From Xylographa opegraphella (lineage: Eukaryota), in NCBI GenBank assembly GCA_022813865.1, contig JALDZX010000008.1, positions 248,001-312,000 of the forward strand: 64,000 nt of DNA. Direction: 5' to 3'. How positions within the stretch are numbered: position 1 is the stretch's first letter; the number at the start of each line of letters is the position of its first letter. The notes under the pieces were generated by a model. That model was not told where the DNA came from and ran no database searches. It saw only the letters and a list, made by a program, of their open reading frames with translations. A program made the translations under genes and the position numbers. Shown here in pieces: positions 1 through 11,963 of the stretch.

Positions 1-602
1 ACCACATTGACCTGAAAAGGCGGTGCACGATGGTGTAATCATCGCAGTGGAGCCTAGGAAGAGGAAGCCTCGATCAGATATCGAAGGCACGACACAGATT
101 TCTGAGCTCGACGAGCTGACAAAGAGAGCGAGGGTTCATCTGCTTGAGTAACAGGCAGGAATACCGGAGGAGGCAGAGACATCGAAAAGGGGAGCACTCA
201 GGATCGATGATAAGTCGAGGGACTATCGGGCTATGAACAGACCGCCAAAGCGGCAGGGAGAAAGTTGGTACATGGGCGAGTAGGGGGACAAATAAATGCG
301 CCCGATACACATGCATTGGAGCAAGCTAGATATACATATGTTTGTCCGTGAAGTTGCATGCGGCGGTTCGCTGTTTCGAATCATCGGACGTAAGCGAGCA
401 CTATTTCAAATGATCAGACGCAAGTGACTATCGATTAGACATTATGGTCGCTACGCACGCCGTAATATGTTTAAGACTATTAAGCTGGACGACGGGATGT
501 ACACCCGGGCCCGCAATATTCTACTCTGAAAACAAACGGTCAAGCAAATCCGCAAGCACGCGTCCCTCTATCGGTCATATCCCATCCCTGCAAACTCAAC
601 AA

Positions 603-2209
603 CTAAACATCTTTCAAGGGCCGCAGCATCTTGGCGGCCAAAAGGCCTCTCAGCTTCTTCAACGCCGCTGCGGGGAAGCGCTTCCTCGACCCATCGCGCG
701 CAGACACAACCGTCACCGACTGCCCCCCAGGCGTCGGCCTCTCGACGAACGTCTCCTCCACGAAGTCGCTGAACGCTTTGATATCCTTCCAGCTACTCAT
801 AGCGCCGAGACTGACGCGAACGACGCCCGTCGGCTTCCCGAACAAGATATCAAGGTCGTCGCCGCAGCGCATGCCTTCGGTGTAGTTGCGGCGCAGCTCC
901 GCCGCGGAGAGGTGCAGGGAGGAGGCGATGCCGCCGGGGTTGCAGACGCCGCCGGTCCGCAGATGGATGCCGCGGGCGATGGCCATTTTCTCGACGTGGC
1001 TCTTGCCGACCCAGCCGCCGTGGCTGGTGCGGATGTTGAAGGCGATGGTGGGGCCCTGCGTGGCGCTGTCGCCGTACTTCGAGCGCGCGCTTTTGTAGAT
1101 CACGCACACTGCCTGGCCGTTGGGGTGGTGGAGCGAGGAGAGGTGGGTGTACAATGCCAGCGCGAGGTCCTTGGTGTGGAGGGAGATGGTGTCCATGGAT
1201 TTGTAGAGCCGCTCGTGGACGTCCAGGGCGGAGTCGAGGGCTATGAGGCTGTGGAAGGGGAGGGTGCCGTCTTCCAGCTGCTCGTGTAGGCTGTGGTCTT
1301 TCATGGCGTGCCATGCGTCGTGCTGGTTGATCACCATGGCCACGGTGCCGCCACCGAAGTACCGTCGGCGCTGTAGCATGTGAGCGGCAGCTTTTCGGAC
1401 GATCAATGCCCCTAAGTCGGGGAAGCCGAAGATTTTGTAGAAGCTGAGAGCGGTGAAATCGGGTGCTGAGTGAGCGTCGCTCAAGTCGAGCTGGGCGGTA
1501 CACACGTACGCTGCAGCGTCAAGCAGGGTGTAGACGTTTTTGTGGGCTGGATCAAGGGACTTGCGTAGCTGATTCGACCAATTGAGAGGCAATCGACGAC
1601 CGTTCAAGTTGGATTGAGCAGGATAGGCGAAGAGCCCGCACGTTCCTGTCGGATCATTGTCATCACGATCTTTCATCAAGTCCTTATCTTTCCTTCCAGC
1701 CAGCCAATCTTCGACTTCTGTATCAGACTCAAAGCGTCTTGAGCCTGCAGCTGCAAGGCGTCGTACACCGACAAGACTGGTATGTGCATCATCGTGGTAG
1801 CCATACCAGAACCCTGCCTGGTTAGACGCGTGGGCATAGTCTTGAAAGGCGGTTGCAACGAGCCTGATAGCGGCTGTAGCATTTGCCACGAAGACGATGT
1901 CGAAATCTTCGGGGTCTGCCCTGAAGAACTGTAGGACACGCAACCGAACTCGGTCAACGCGTCTGGTCGAGAGTTCAGACGAAGGCGAAGCAGAATGAGG
2001 GTTTCCGAAAACATTGGACATCATGTCCATACCAAAGTCACGGATCAGGGATCTCGGGTATAAAGTGGTGCCAGCATGGTCAAGGTATGTAATGCCTGAT
2101 GAACACTGTTAGCCAGCAGACTACCCCTGAAACGTGCGGAGTGGCCACCTTTGAGTAGGGGGTATTCTCGATCCCGAATCTCCTCAACGCTCTGTGGATA
2201 ATACTCCAT
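603..2209 (-). CDS. Molybdenum cofactor sulfurase-like PLP-dependent cysteine desulfurase (NifS-like domain only, about 518 aa)
   Basis: Exon 1 is 2209-2149 (MEYYPQSVEEIRDREYPLLK), the intron is 2148-2096 (GTGGCC..GCTAAC..CAG) and exon 2 is 2095-603. Motifs: YLDHAGTTLY, FGNPHS, LLDAAA, SFYKIFGFPDLG (PLP Lys), DGTLPFH and RTGGVCNPGG (persulfide Cys), as in HxB/ABA3/MOCOS. There is no C-terminal MOSC domain. Confidence 0.85.
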
Positions 2210-2327
2210 TGCGAACCGATTCTCCACCAAGAACCGAGTTTCGAAAAGCAATTGAAAAGCAAGCAGTCTTGGAACACTAGGTACGCGGTTCGAAGATGGA
2301 ACGAAACAAACGCGAAGACTGATAGAC

Positions 2328-2365
2328 AGACTAGAGATATGTAGACTAGAGATATATAGACTAGA
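2328..2365. repeat. 15-bp tandem repeat (AGACTAGAGATATRT x about 2.5)
   Basis: agactagagatatgt agactagagatatat agactaga, just upstream of the MOCOS-like start codon. Confidence 0.8.
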
Positions 2366-4058
2366 CATTCACGCTCGCATATCAATGCCGAGAATGCCCA
2401 AAAACTAGGTATATCTCGGCATGATTAGAGAGCAACTTCTCCTTTCCAGAAGGTGCAATTTTTAGACCACATTGAACCAATTACATAAAAGCTCACCACT
2501 TACGTACCAGGCACTGCTTATCGTGATGCTCGATGAAAATCCAGACATGCACACGGATTCAGTCTTTCGATCCGCCTTCCGCTCTTCCGTTCTCCACCAC
2601 CATATCTCAAGGCGTACGGCGCACGGCGCAAATGCCAGGCTGCCAATGACAAAGGCTGATATCTGCCCATTTTTCTTGATCAGACACCGCTAATCCTTTG
2701 GTGAGATTATAGTCCGGATACTTCCATCACTCAATAATAGGTGTGTGTCAGATAATCCACGATCCTATTGGAGAGCTTCAACTCAGGGTGGTATATAAGC
2801 AGTACAGCATTCGTGGAAAGTGACGACTGAGCTGAGATTCAGGTGGGCTCATCGGCGGAGACGGCAGCGGCGAAGGCGTTTATACTTTCGGATGGATTCC
2901 TTGGTGATCTGTCGCTTTTGCGATGGTTATTCGCAAGCGAGGTACCGTTTGGAAATGTGGGATGTATGTATTGGTGACTAATCTTTCAGATTGACGACGA
3001 CCTGCCTTATTTATCATGCCATACATTCTTCCATGCTTGCACAAACCTGATCTCGTGGACAATCACCACCAGGCCTGGCAGACCTGGATAGGCAGGAAAC
3101 AGAATCACGTTCTACTTCCGGCTGAGACCAAGTGTTGTAAGGATGGATGAGGATGGAGACTAAGAGATTGTGTGTGGTCGACTGGCAAGCCGATCTCTTG
3201 GTCAACTGGGATGCTGGAGCGATTACAAAGTCGAGTAACTGAACGGCTGGACTCAACGCGGGACCTCACCCTCGTCATATCGTCCGGTCTTATCGCGCAT
3301 TCCTGGCGGAGGAGATATTGGGGGAGCACTGCATCAGCCGCGCGCATGATTGGTCAGGCTTTCCTCGGCTGTATTATACCCGCCGAACTTTCTCCGGTGT
3401 GTGTCTTTCGTGGGTCTTCCACGAGTGACTGACGTTGTGCCTCTCTCATGAAGTATGTTATAACAGCACTGAGACGACGCCGCTTCCACGCTTCGTGATG
3501 AGGCCTCCACACACACGGGGTGTCGAACTGCGGGCGCACAAACAATAGCTTACTACCTTACCTTACCTTCGAGCAAGTCAAGTGATACACGGCCGTTGCT
3601 TGCAGTGGGCCAAAGCATGTTTTTGGGTCCGGTCCTTGGGCTGAAGGGCTAGCCGAGACCGACTGACCAATGATCGTGGATGCGTCGATTGACTATACCA
3701 TGTACGGACTAGTGGAGCCAACGCACGCTAGCAGCAGGCTGAGTTGGAGCTTCAGCCCCCACGACTAAACTCCGTCAAGAGTCCAAGACTCCAGCTAACA
3801 ACAATGCACCCCAAGAATGCTGTGCGAGCCGCATGCCCTGCTCGCGATCTGGACATGATCTTCTAGAGCTGGGCCGCAGGAGGTCTTTCTCTGCATGGCA
3901 GCACGTGCAACACCATGTCCATTGGCCTGCCAAGCACGAGCGCATGAGTAACGTGAGGCATAGCCTTCAGCCGCATGGAGTGGAGGTACTACTACCACCA
4001 CCAAGGCCAGCCCGCCTGCATCAAAGTTTCGAAGTGAAAACATACAGCAGGAACGAGA

Positions 4059-6168
4059 ATGTCCAGGTCGTCGGCATACATCTCCCTTCCAGGGGAAACT
4101 CGAGATGAGGGGGCGCACCTAGTGAGTCCGGACGAGGGCTCGGGCTTCCTTGATACGAGTTATAATGGCCGCAATGCTTCCAGACCCATGAGCATGCCTG
4201 GTAGAGCAGGAGAGGGCTACAGTCTATCGACGCCCGCAACAGAGACGAATAGGCACGGTAAAGGTCTGGCTCACCACGACTGCTCTCCGACATGTCGCTC
4301 GACTAACTCTTGTCTTCCATAGGACCGTACACGCCTTCCATTCGGACATTGGACTCCGAGTATACGAATTTTGGAAAGGAACAACTCGATCTGTCGCGCG
4401 AATTCTCACCCCGCAAGCAGCTATTGACCTTGTTGTCGTTCGGAGTTATCCGCTTCATAGTCACTGCCGTTCTAGTTGGGGGCCTCTACGCAACGTTATG
4501 GCTCTTCGAAGCAAAAAGTGTGATGAATGAGTTGCAAAAGAAGCTTTTCAATACCATAATTACCGCTCTGTCAATGGCGCTTGGTATCAACATTGCAAGC
4601 AGCTTCAAGAATGTCGCAATTGACACGAGGTGGTTTTTCCTCAGTCGCAAGAATAGGCCTCTGAAGGAGGTAGAACCTCTATAGCGCATCATTTGTAGAC
4701 CAAGAGCTGATGTGCTATAGGTTGATATGATATTGAGCTGTAACAGTCTGACTACATTGATCAAACTCGCATTGAGTTCGACTCGACGACCAATGGTCAT
4801 GCTCGTGTGCATAGTATGGATAGCCATTAACATAGTACATCCTCCTGTTTTTTTCACCTTTGACTCTGGACTAATCATCAATGCAGGCAGCACAAGCTGC
4901 AGTGGCTATGCTTGGTTTGACGTACTCCATGAATCCTGCGTCGGACCCTGCCGCACCGATAACGGGCGGTGTGAGTGTTACTGATATGTCTGCTTACTAC
5001 TTTGGACGCACCAACGACGTGCTCCCAGCGGACCAGCTTGCAGCGCATATGGTATGTATTTTATCATCTGAACATATTGAAAGGAAGGGTGCTGACTGTC
5101 TGAAAGTATGGCGAATTATCATTGAACTTTTATTATGATATTCTCACTCTCAACCAGCCCGAAGTTAGCCCGATCGATCCTCTTACACTTTACTCAGATC
5201 AAAATGTAGCATACTGGATCGCTCCTGACTACGTCCAGCACGTGTTTCTGGAGTGGCCAACCGATTCAGCATCCTCCTCCGGGACCTTCTACACCAATCG
5301 CACCATCCTCAGCAACAGTACTTGCGCCGTGTACAAGGTCACTCAGGGGGCCAACGGCGATTCGCAGCAGATATATTTCATGAAAGACGGGACCGTTCAA
5401 GTTCAGGATTTTCAACTGATCGAGCCCAACTCGACCACGTATTATACTTCCCCCGAGCTGGGAACGTGTGGACCTCGGTGTGCGAATGTCTGCGCGTTCG
5501 AGAACACGGGCGTGCAAGGATTCTACTACGAGTGCGAGATCAGCGTCGGCAGCGTCGTCAACGCGACTCGGCCCGAGCACGAGGTGCCGGACCGCGTTGC
5601 CAAAATGGCGGCCGGCGCCATCGCACTCCAAGGCTACCAAGCCGTCAACGTGACGGATCAGTACCAACGCTACCCGGCCGGCTACGAAGGAGGAATCTGG
5701 ATGGACGGCGACGCGGCCGGCATGGCGGCGATGATGCGCCAGTTCGCCATGGGCACCATCTCGGCGGCCGACCTCAACAACCCGAACCTCAACGGCAGCC
5801 TGCTCGACCTGCAGCCGGGCCAGGGCGTGCAGCTGTCGCTCGATCACCCGGCCAACATCCACGCCATCCTCATCACGGTCCTCAGCGTCCAGCTGCTGCT
5901 CTTCGTCATCGGCGCCCTGGTCGCGAACCGGGCCGTGGTGGTGGACGACAGCTACATCGCCATCGCGCGCCTGCTGCGACCCGTGGTCGACAAGCTCGGC
6001 GCCGGGGGCGGGCTCCTCGACGGCGACGCCATCTGCGACGCGTTGGGCGACCGCAAGGTCGTGTACGGGACCACGACGCAGCAGGAGGCGGCGCGGGGGG
6101 TGGTGCGGCACTTGGGCATCGGCGAGATGCGACCGACGAGGAGCTTCCCGGCGGGGTATTACGATTGA
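4059..6168 (+). CDS. Uncharacterised fungal multi-pass membrane protein (about 628 aa)
   Basis: Exons 4059-4257, 4323-4669, 4721-4834, 4887-5051 and 5107-6168 join in frame through canonical GT-AG introns. There are several N-terminal hydrophobic helices, a luminal domain rich in Cys and N-glycosylation sites (CGPRCANVC) and a C-terminal TM segment (ILITVLSVQLLLFVIGALVA). Confidence 0.75.
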
Positions 6169-8816
6169 TGGCCGCGTGGGTTTGGGGGTTGGTGGGTTGG
6201 ACGGGTCTGACAATGTCGGGGTGTTTGTGCCGCCAGGTAGGTGAGACTCTTCCCTACAGGAAGCTCTTGGGACCGGCAAGCGATCTCTGATGCGCAGGGT
6301 GAGCCAGCGTATATAGTAAATATTTTAAAGGTGCGACTCTAAGAAAAAAGGTACATATAGGAAAGGAATATATATATATAGTAAGCAATCAGGTATCCAG
6401 ACCCTGAAATGATGCGTCGCGAGTACCTCTGCACCTTGGTATCCCAGGGTAGAATCAAATACGATAGCTCCGCGGTAAGGGCGGCCGCACATACTCGCGT
6501 TCAATCCAAGACGTTGTCATTATTTACACAAATCTCATTAGACTACACGTTTTATCTTGTTGGCATCAGGGAGCCAGGTCCCTGAGGCATGGAGGTCCAT
6601 GTACCGGGTATCCGTACTTACTTACCACTTACTACGACCACTTACTACGTAGTCATCGTTCCCGAGCATAGAGAGATCGCCCGGCTCCGCTCCGCACAAG
6701 TCTGCCATCCAGTTTCGTACCCTCCCCCCCCCTCTCTCCGGCACAGCGGCACTGTTCCTCGCACCCGCACACCACACCCCACCCCTTTTCCCTTTGTCGT
6801 GAAAACGCAAACGTGTGAGACCCGTGCCAGCACCGACTCCATCCCCACCGGGTGCTCTCCCTTTATCAACCGCAGCTCGCGTAGCTTGGGCTCACGCGCA
6901 GGCCGCGCAGGCTTTTGGACATTTGCGATGCCGGGAGGATCAGGTGAGTTGTGTCTGACGCGGATGCCGCTATTATTGTGTCGTATCGCTTGCTCTGGCC
7001 TTAGTCCTGCCGTGGAAACTAAGGTAACTCCGGTGATTACTCACCCTCGCCTTTTGGGGGGCGATGATAGGCCCGCTTGGCTGGGCTGTCAGCCCTTGTG
7101 GGCGAGTTGGGTTTTTGGGTTTTTAACTAGGTGGCTAGGTCTCGCGTGCGCGGTCGCGGGGTGGTGTGGCCATGTGGCATTACTACGGGGCCATCTGGGT
7201 TACTTTTACCTCGGGAGAAAGGTTGGGGGCGGGAGGTAAGGGAGGTGCTATATGGTATGGTAGCTTTTGTTTTTGTTCAAACTTGGGGGCGGTTTTCGGG
7301 CTCAGGCGTGCTATTCTTGGAGCGCTTTTTTCTACCGTGCTTCGGTGCGCTTCTAGTGCGCTCGCTAGACCGGGCTAGTGAGTCGGGCTGGACCGGGGCG
7401 ACACGTGTTGGGCGCTTTGCGAGCGGGTTTGACTCCGTCCTGGGAGGGATTAAGGTAGGCTTCTGTTACGTCCGTCGACCAAAGATGTCTTGTTGGACGG
7501 GAGAGCTGGTGGCCGCTGGCTGGGCTGGTAGAGGCTGTCGTCGGTGCGTTGCGACGCGGTCGGACCTCGCTTTAGACGGTTCCATCGCTGTGCCTGCAAC
7601 CTGGTGGGTGGCGCGGTCTGGACACGGTGGATGGGCCGGTCACTCCCGCATAGAGCGTGGGCTGCAACAAATAGCGATTGTGAGGGAGGTTCGCTGGTGG
7701 AGGAGGGGGGGCTTTTTTGTTTGCTGGGCGGTGGGCGAGCGTCGTGGGTGGTCGAGCTAGCTGTCGCTGGTGGTTGCGCGTATGTACGGGAGGTGTCTGG
7801 CTTGAGTTGGCCAATATTGCTGACGAGGGCGCCAGAGGCACAGGGCCGTGCATGGTCGGCTTGGGTGGGGAGGTGTGTCCGGTCGATGACATGAGATATG
7901 GTCGGATGGGGAGAGACGGGGATGATGTCCGACCATGGTTCGATGGTGTCAAAGGGTGTCAGATGGAGTCGGTGACATTAGACATGGTCGTAGAATAATG
8001 TGTCAAGTACCGAGATGGAATGATATCTACCTTACTCTAATAGTATCTGGCAGAGGTGACTGAATCAATGTGAAACGTGGGAATTGGCAAGCGGCAGCCA
8101 CCAGTCAGCGCACATTCTCGCCCACGCCGGGAACTTTCTCTCTCACATGGCACCGAAGCCGCGAGCACATGGCAACTAGGCCGCAAAGCGCCTGGCGGCT
8201 CTTGGCGTAATGCAAAACCCTTCAATCTTTCTGCTGCACTCTTGTTTGACGGGGGCGGCCTCTTCTTGTTCCCCCCCCCTGGCCCCCCCTCCACCCCCTA
8301 AGCCACATCCCCCTGGCTACCCCCTAATCTCAAGTACTCTTCACTGTAAGTACTGTGTAGTGGTCCTGCCCCCAGCTGCTGCCGCTAAAGGTGGCGGTAG
8401 CCAGGCAATTCTGTCCCCAGTTAATGATGCTTGATTCCCATGTGCGCTTCCTCGCATCAAACACCCGGCTACGACCTATCGGCCACCACCCCCCTGCTTC
8501 CATCAGTCTGGCTCCTATTCTTCTTTTCACGTCTGGCAACACCTGACTAGACTACTACTTGAACCAACCTGGCCAGCGTTGCCTTCCCGGAAACCTGATC
8601 GACATCGCTTGCTCTCCACGCTCCTTTACACACCATCACCATTGACGTCGTCGACCCAACCCTCCAACGACGTCGACTGCCACTCTACTCATCTGTAATT
8701 TGCAGTCGAGCATTGCTTGATCGGCCCTGGTAGATAAGGCACTGCTGAAGCTTCTCGCTCATTGCCGGTCTCGATTTGATGACCAGTGCTGTGCATAGCG
8801 GATTCGGTCGTTCCCA

Positions 8817-10836
8817 ATGGGCAACACTACGGGCAAGCCAGTTGTCTTCACAGAGGAAGGTGAGTGTCCTCCGCCATTGGTGTGTCGGGTGCTCGACACT
8901 GCTCGTGATCGTTGTTACTGTCCTCAATATTTCCCATCGACTAAGAACTGAGCTCTTTTTCTCTGCAGTCAATCTAAATCACTTTCGACTGCTTCGAGTG
9001 GTGGGTAAGGGAGCATTTGGAAAGGTCCGCATTGTCGAGAGGAAAGATAGCGGCATGACCTTTGCCCTCAAATACATCCGGAAAGATGAGAGTGAGTCGT
9101 AAGACCGATCGACTGTGGTGAAGGGCAGCTGACACATTGTCCATAGTCGTCCGGTCCGAAAGTGTTCGCAATATAATACGGGAGCGGAGAATGATGGAGC
9201 ACCTGAACCATCCGTTCCTCTGCAATCTGCGCTACAGCTTCCAAGATATTGAATACTTGTAAGCCGACCCGAACCGGCGGAGCACAAGAACAACGCTAAT
9301 GGACGATCAGGTATATTGTACTAGACTTGATGAACGGCGGAGACTTACGATTTCATATTTCGCGCAAGACCTTTACGGAAGAGGCCGTACGCTTTTGGAT
9401 GGCCGAGCTGGCGTGTGCCTTGCGATATGTACACAAGCAGGGAATCGTGCATCGGGATCTGAAGCCCGATAACGTGTTGCTGGATTCTGAAGGTCACGTC
9501 CATCTGGCGGACTTTGTATGTGGACGTCTGGGAAGAGTTGACGTTCAATTGCTGATCCACTGTCAGAATGTTGCGTCTGAATTTCGACGAGATAAACAAT
9601 TACACAGCAAGTCCGGTACACTTGCATACCTGGCACCGGAGGTCTACGGTGGGGGTGGCTACCTGGACGAAGTGGACTGGTGGTCGCTTGGGGTGACATT
9701 CTACGAATCTATCTACAACAAGGTAGGGCTTCTCGGTAAATGAACACTAATTTCCAATGCTGATTCACAGCAGCGACCTTTCGAAGCCCATAATCACGAG
9801 AAGCTCGAGAAGGAGATACTGAAAGGCACCCCGAACTACCCGGTCACCAGCCCGCCCGTCTCCATGCCTTGCTTGCACGCCATCAGCTCCCTGCTGGAGA
9901 AAGACATCACGAAGCGGATCGGTGCCATCAGTTTCGAATCGTTTACCGACAACCCCTTCTTCCGCGAGATAGACTTTGTAGCGCTGGAAAGGAAGCAGGT
10001 CCCTCCCGTATTTGTCCCGTCCAGCGAGAAAACAAATTTCGACGCAACCTACGATCTGGAGGAGCTGCTGTTGGAAGAAGCGCCGCTGGAAGCAAGGGCC
10101 CGGAGACAAAAGCCGAGAGCTCAACTGAAAGATGATGCGACGGACAAGGAGATACGGGATGAGGAGCTCCATCGCATGATTGAGACCTTGTTCGAGCCTT
10201 TCGACTACACTCATGCCCCTTATGATCCGTCAGTCCCACCATCCTGCCAATGTGTTCTCGGCTGACTGAACTTATCCTAGTGTCCAAGTACCCACCGAAT
10301 CACCCACATCCACATCGGTGGTCAACAATACCCCAGACCTAGTCCGCTCGCGCTCGAGACCGAGCACCGAAGAGACAGTCCTGTCCCCCCAATCAACCGC
10401 CCAGACGCCAAACGGCTCCCCGCCCCTCCACTCCACCCCGACCCCACCCGTCCCAGACCTCCCCCCTCACACCTCCGAATACCCGCCCTCCCCCGACACC
10501 CCGAAATCCAGCCCTTCAAACACGACCAGCAAGCTAACCAAAGACCGCTCCGGCGGCCAGCCCGCTCTTCAACGTGCCCGCGGCAGCACGCGCAACGCCT
10601 CCAAGAGCGGCGGCATGAACGTCGTTCTCGGCGAGACTGGCTCTTGGTCCGAGCTCGCGGACAAGAGCGCCACCCTCCCCGCCGAGGGCGTGCGCGGCGT
10701 CAAGGGCGCCAAACCCACCGGCATGCTCGGCTTCCTCAGTCGTAAGGGTGGGCGCGCCCGTAGTCCCAAGCCGAGGGAGCCGGGTGTCCTGGGTAAGGAG
10801 GGCGCTCGCGTCGTCATTAACTCTGGTGGGAGATGA
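8817..10836 (+). CDS. AGC-group Ser/Thr protein kinase, YANK/STK32-like, probably N-myristoylated
   Basis: Starts MGNTTGKPVVFTEE|VNLNHF (intron 8860-8968). Motifs: GKGAFGKV, ALK, HRDLKPDN, DF|N in place of DFG (intron 9516-9566; DFN is typical of STK32/YANK), GTLAYLAPE, DWWSLG and NFDATYDLEELLLEE. The tail is low-complexity and P/S-rich. Confidence 0.9.
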
Positions 10837-11344
10837 TGGCTGTGATGGATTTCACGAGCAATGCGTTTTGGCTTCGTGGGAAGTGGAGCGCTCGGGCGGC
10901 GGGAGCGTTGACCGCGCTCGGATCGAATGTGGGATATTCAGACGGTGTGCATCTATCGCCCTGTTGTCTTTCGGGCTCCCCTCCGCTCCGCTCTGGCGTG
11001 TCGTGTCGGTCTCCTCGGGGTCTTTTGCGCCGGTCGTCTGCATGGCCTGGCAGGGTATCCCACCGTGCTGGGGTCCGGGGTCCGGGGGGTCGGGTTGCTT
11101 TCGGGCCGTGGCGGTTCTTGGTCTTGGTGTGCATCTCTCTCTTGCATTGCATGTTCTCCTTGCCTCTGCTCTCCGCTCTCCGCTCTACGGGCTGTGCGGG
11201 GTCCGTGAGGTGCTTCTGTTGGCGGTATGTGGAGGGAGTGGGCTGGTGGGTAGCGGGAATCGTACACGACAGCGGCTGCGAGAGAAGGAGGGAGGGGGAG
11301 ATGATGCGGCGTGTGGGTGTGTCGTTTCTTGTAGATACCCTGGG

Positions 11345-11772
11345 CCGTCGGTCGGTCGGTCCGTTGGTCGGTTGGTCGGTTGGTAGGGCGTTGATGCTAT
11401 CAAGACGCGGCCGTGGCCGTGGGACGGGCGTGTGTAAAGTATACTTACGCATATACATACAGGCGTGTGTGGGTGCGCGAGTGTGTGTGTCTGTGTAAGG
11501 ATATGCATGTGTACGAAAAAGTACGATTTCAGGTACGAGTCGGGATCAGGTAGATGGAAAAATCCCTCCACATCAAATCAAATCAAATCATAATAGTCTC
11601 CAAATTACAAGCATACATACATACATACACAAGCACAACTCGCTCCGCCCGCACAGTATCACCCACCAAGCGAGAGAGCACGCGCAATGAGCGCGGACGG
11701 GGGGGCTTTCGCACCTGTATTGGGGGTGGGGAAGGGGAATAGCTAGCTAGCATACATACATACATACATACA
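11345..11772. repeat. Cluster of microsatellites between the convergent kinase and UBC8 3' ends
   Basis: (GGTC/GGTT)n at about 11345-11383, (ATCAA)n at about 11570-11590, and (CATA)n at about 11612-11627 and 11751-11770. Confidence 0.75.
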
Positions 11773-11963
11773 CACGCCGACGCCTCCTTGTTCGCCGTTC
11801 CTACCCACTCGAAAGAAAAAAATGGCGAGGATACACCGTGCCTACTACTAGGAGAGTGAAGAGTCCCAGTATTCCAAAAAACCCACTGGCGGCCCACCCA
11901 GACTCCCCCACTCCCCTCCCCTCCCCTCAAGAGACCATGCTCATACTCCCCCCTCAACCCCCC

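Noticed and set aside
444..1503. Long antisense and alternate-frame ORFs here and at 5253-6290, 10748-11498, 14565-15260 and 46052-46819
   Set aside because: They overlap real genes or UTRs in GC-rich patches where stop codons are scarce, and they show no recognisable motifs.
9768..9773. CAGCAG tandem (NAGNAG) acceptor in the kinase gene
   Set aside because: This is a common feature that would add or remove one Gln, with no evidence of function.
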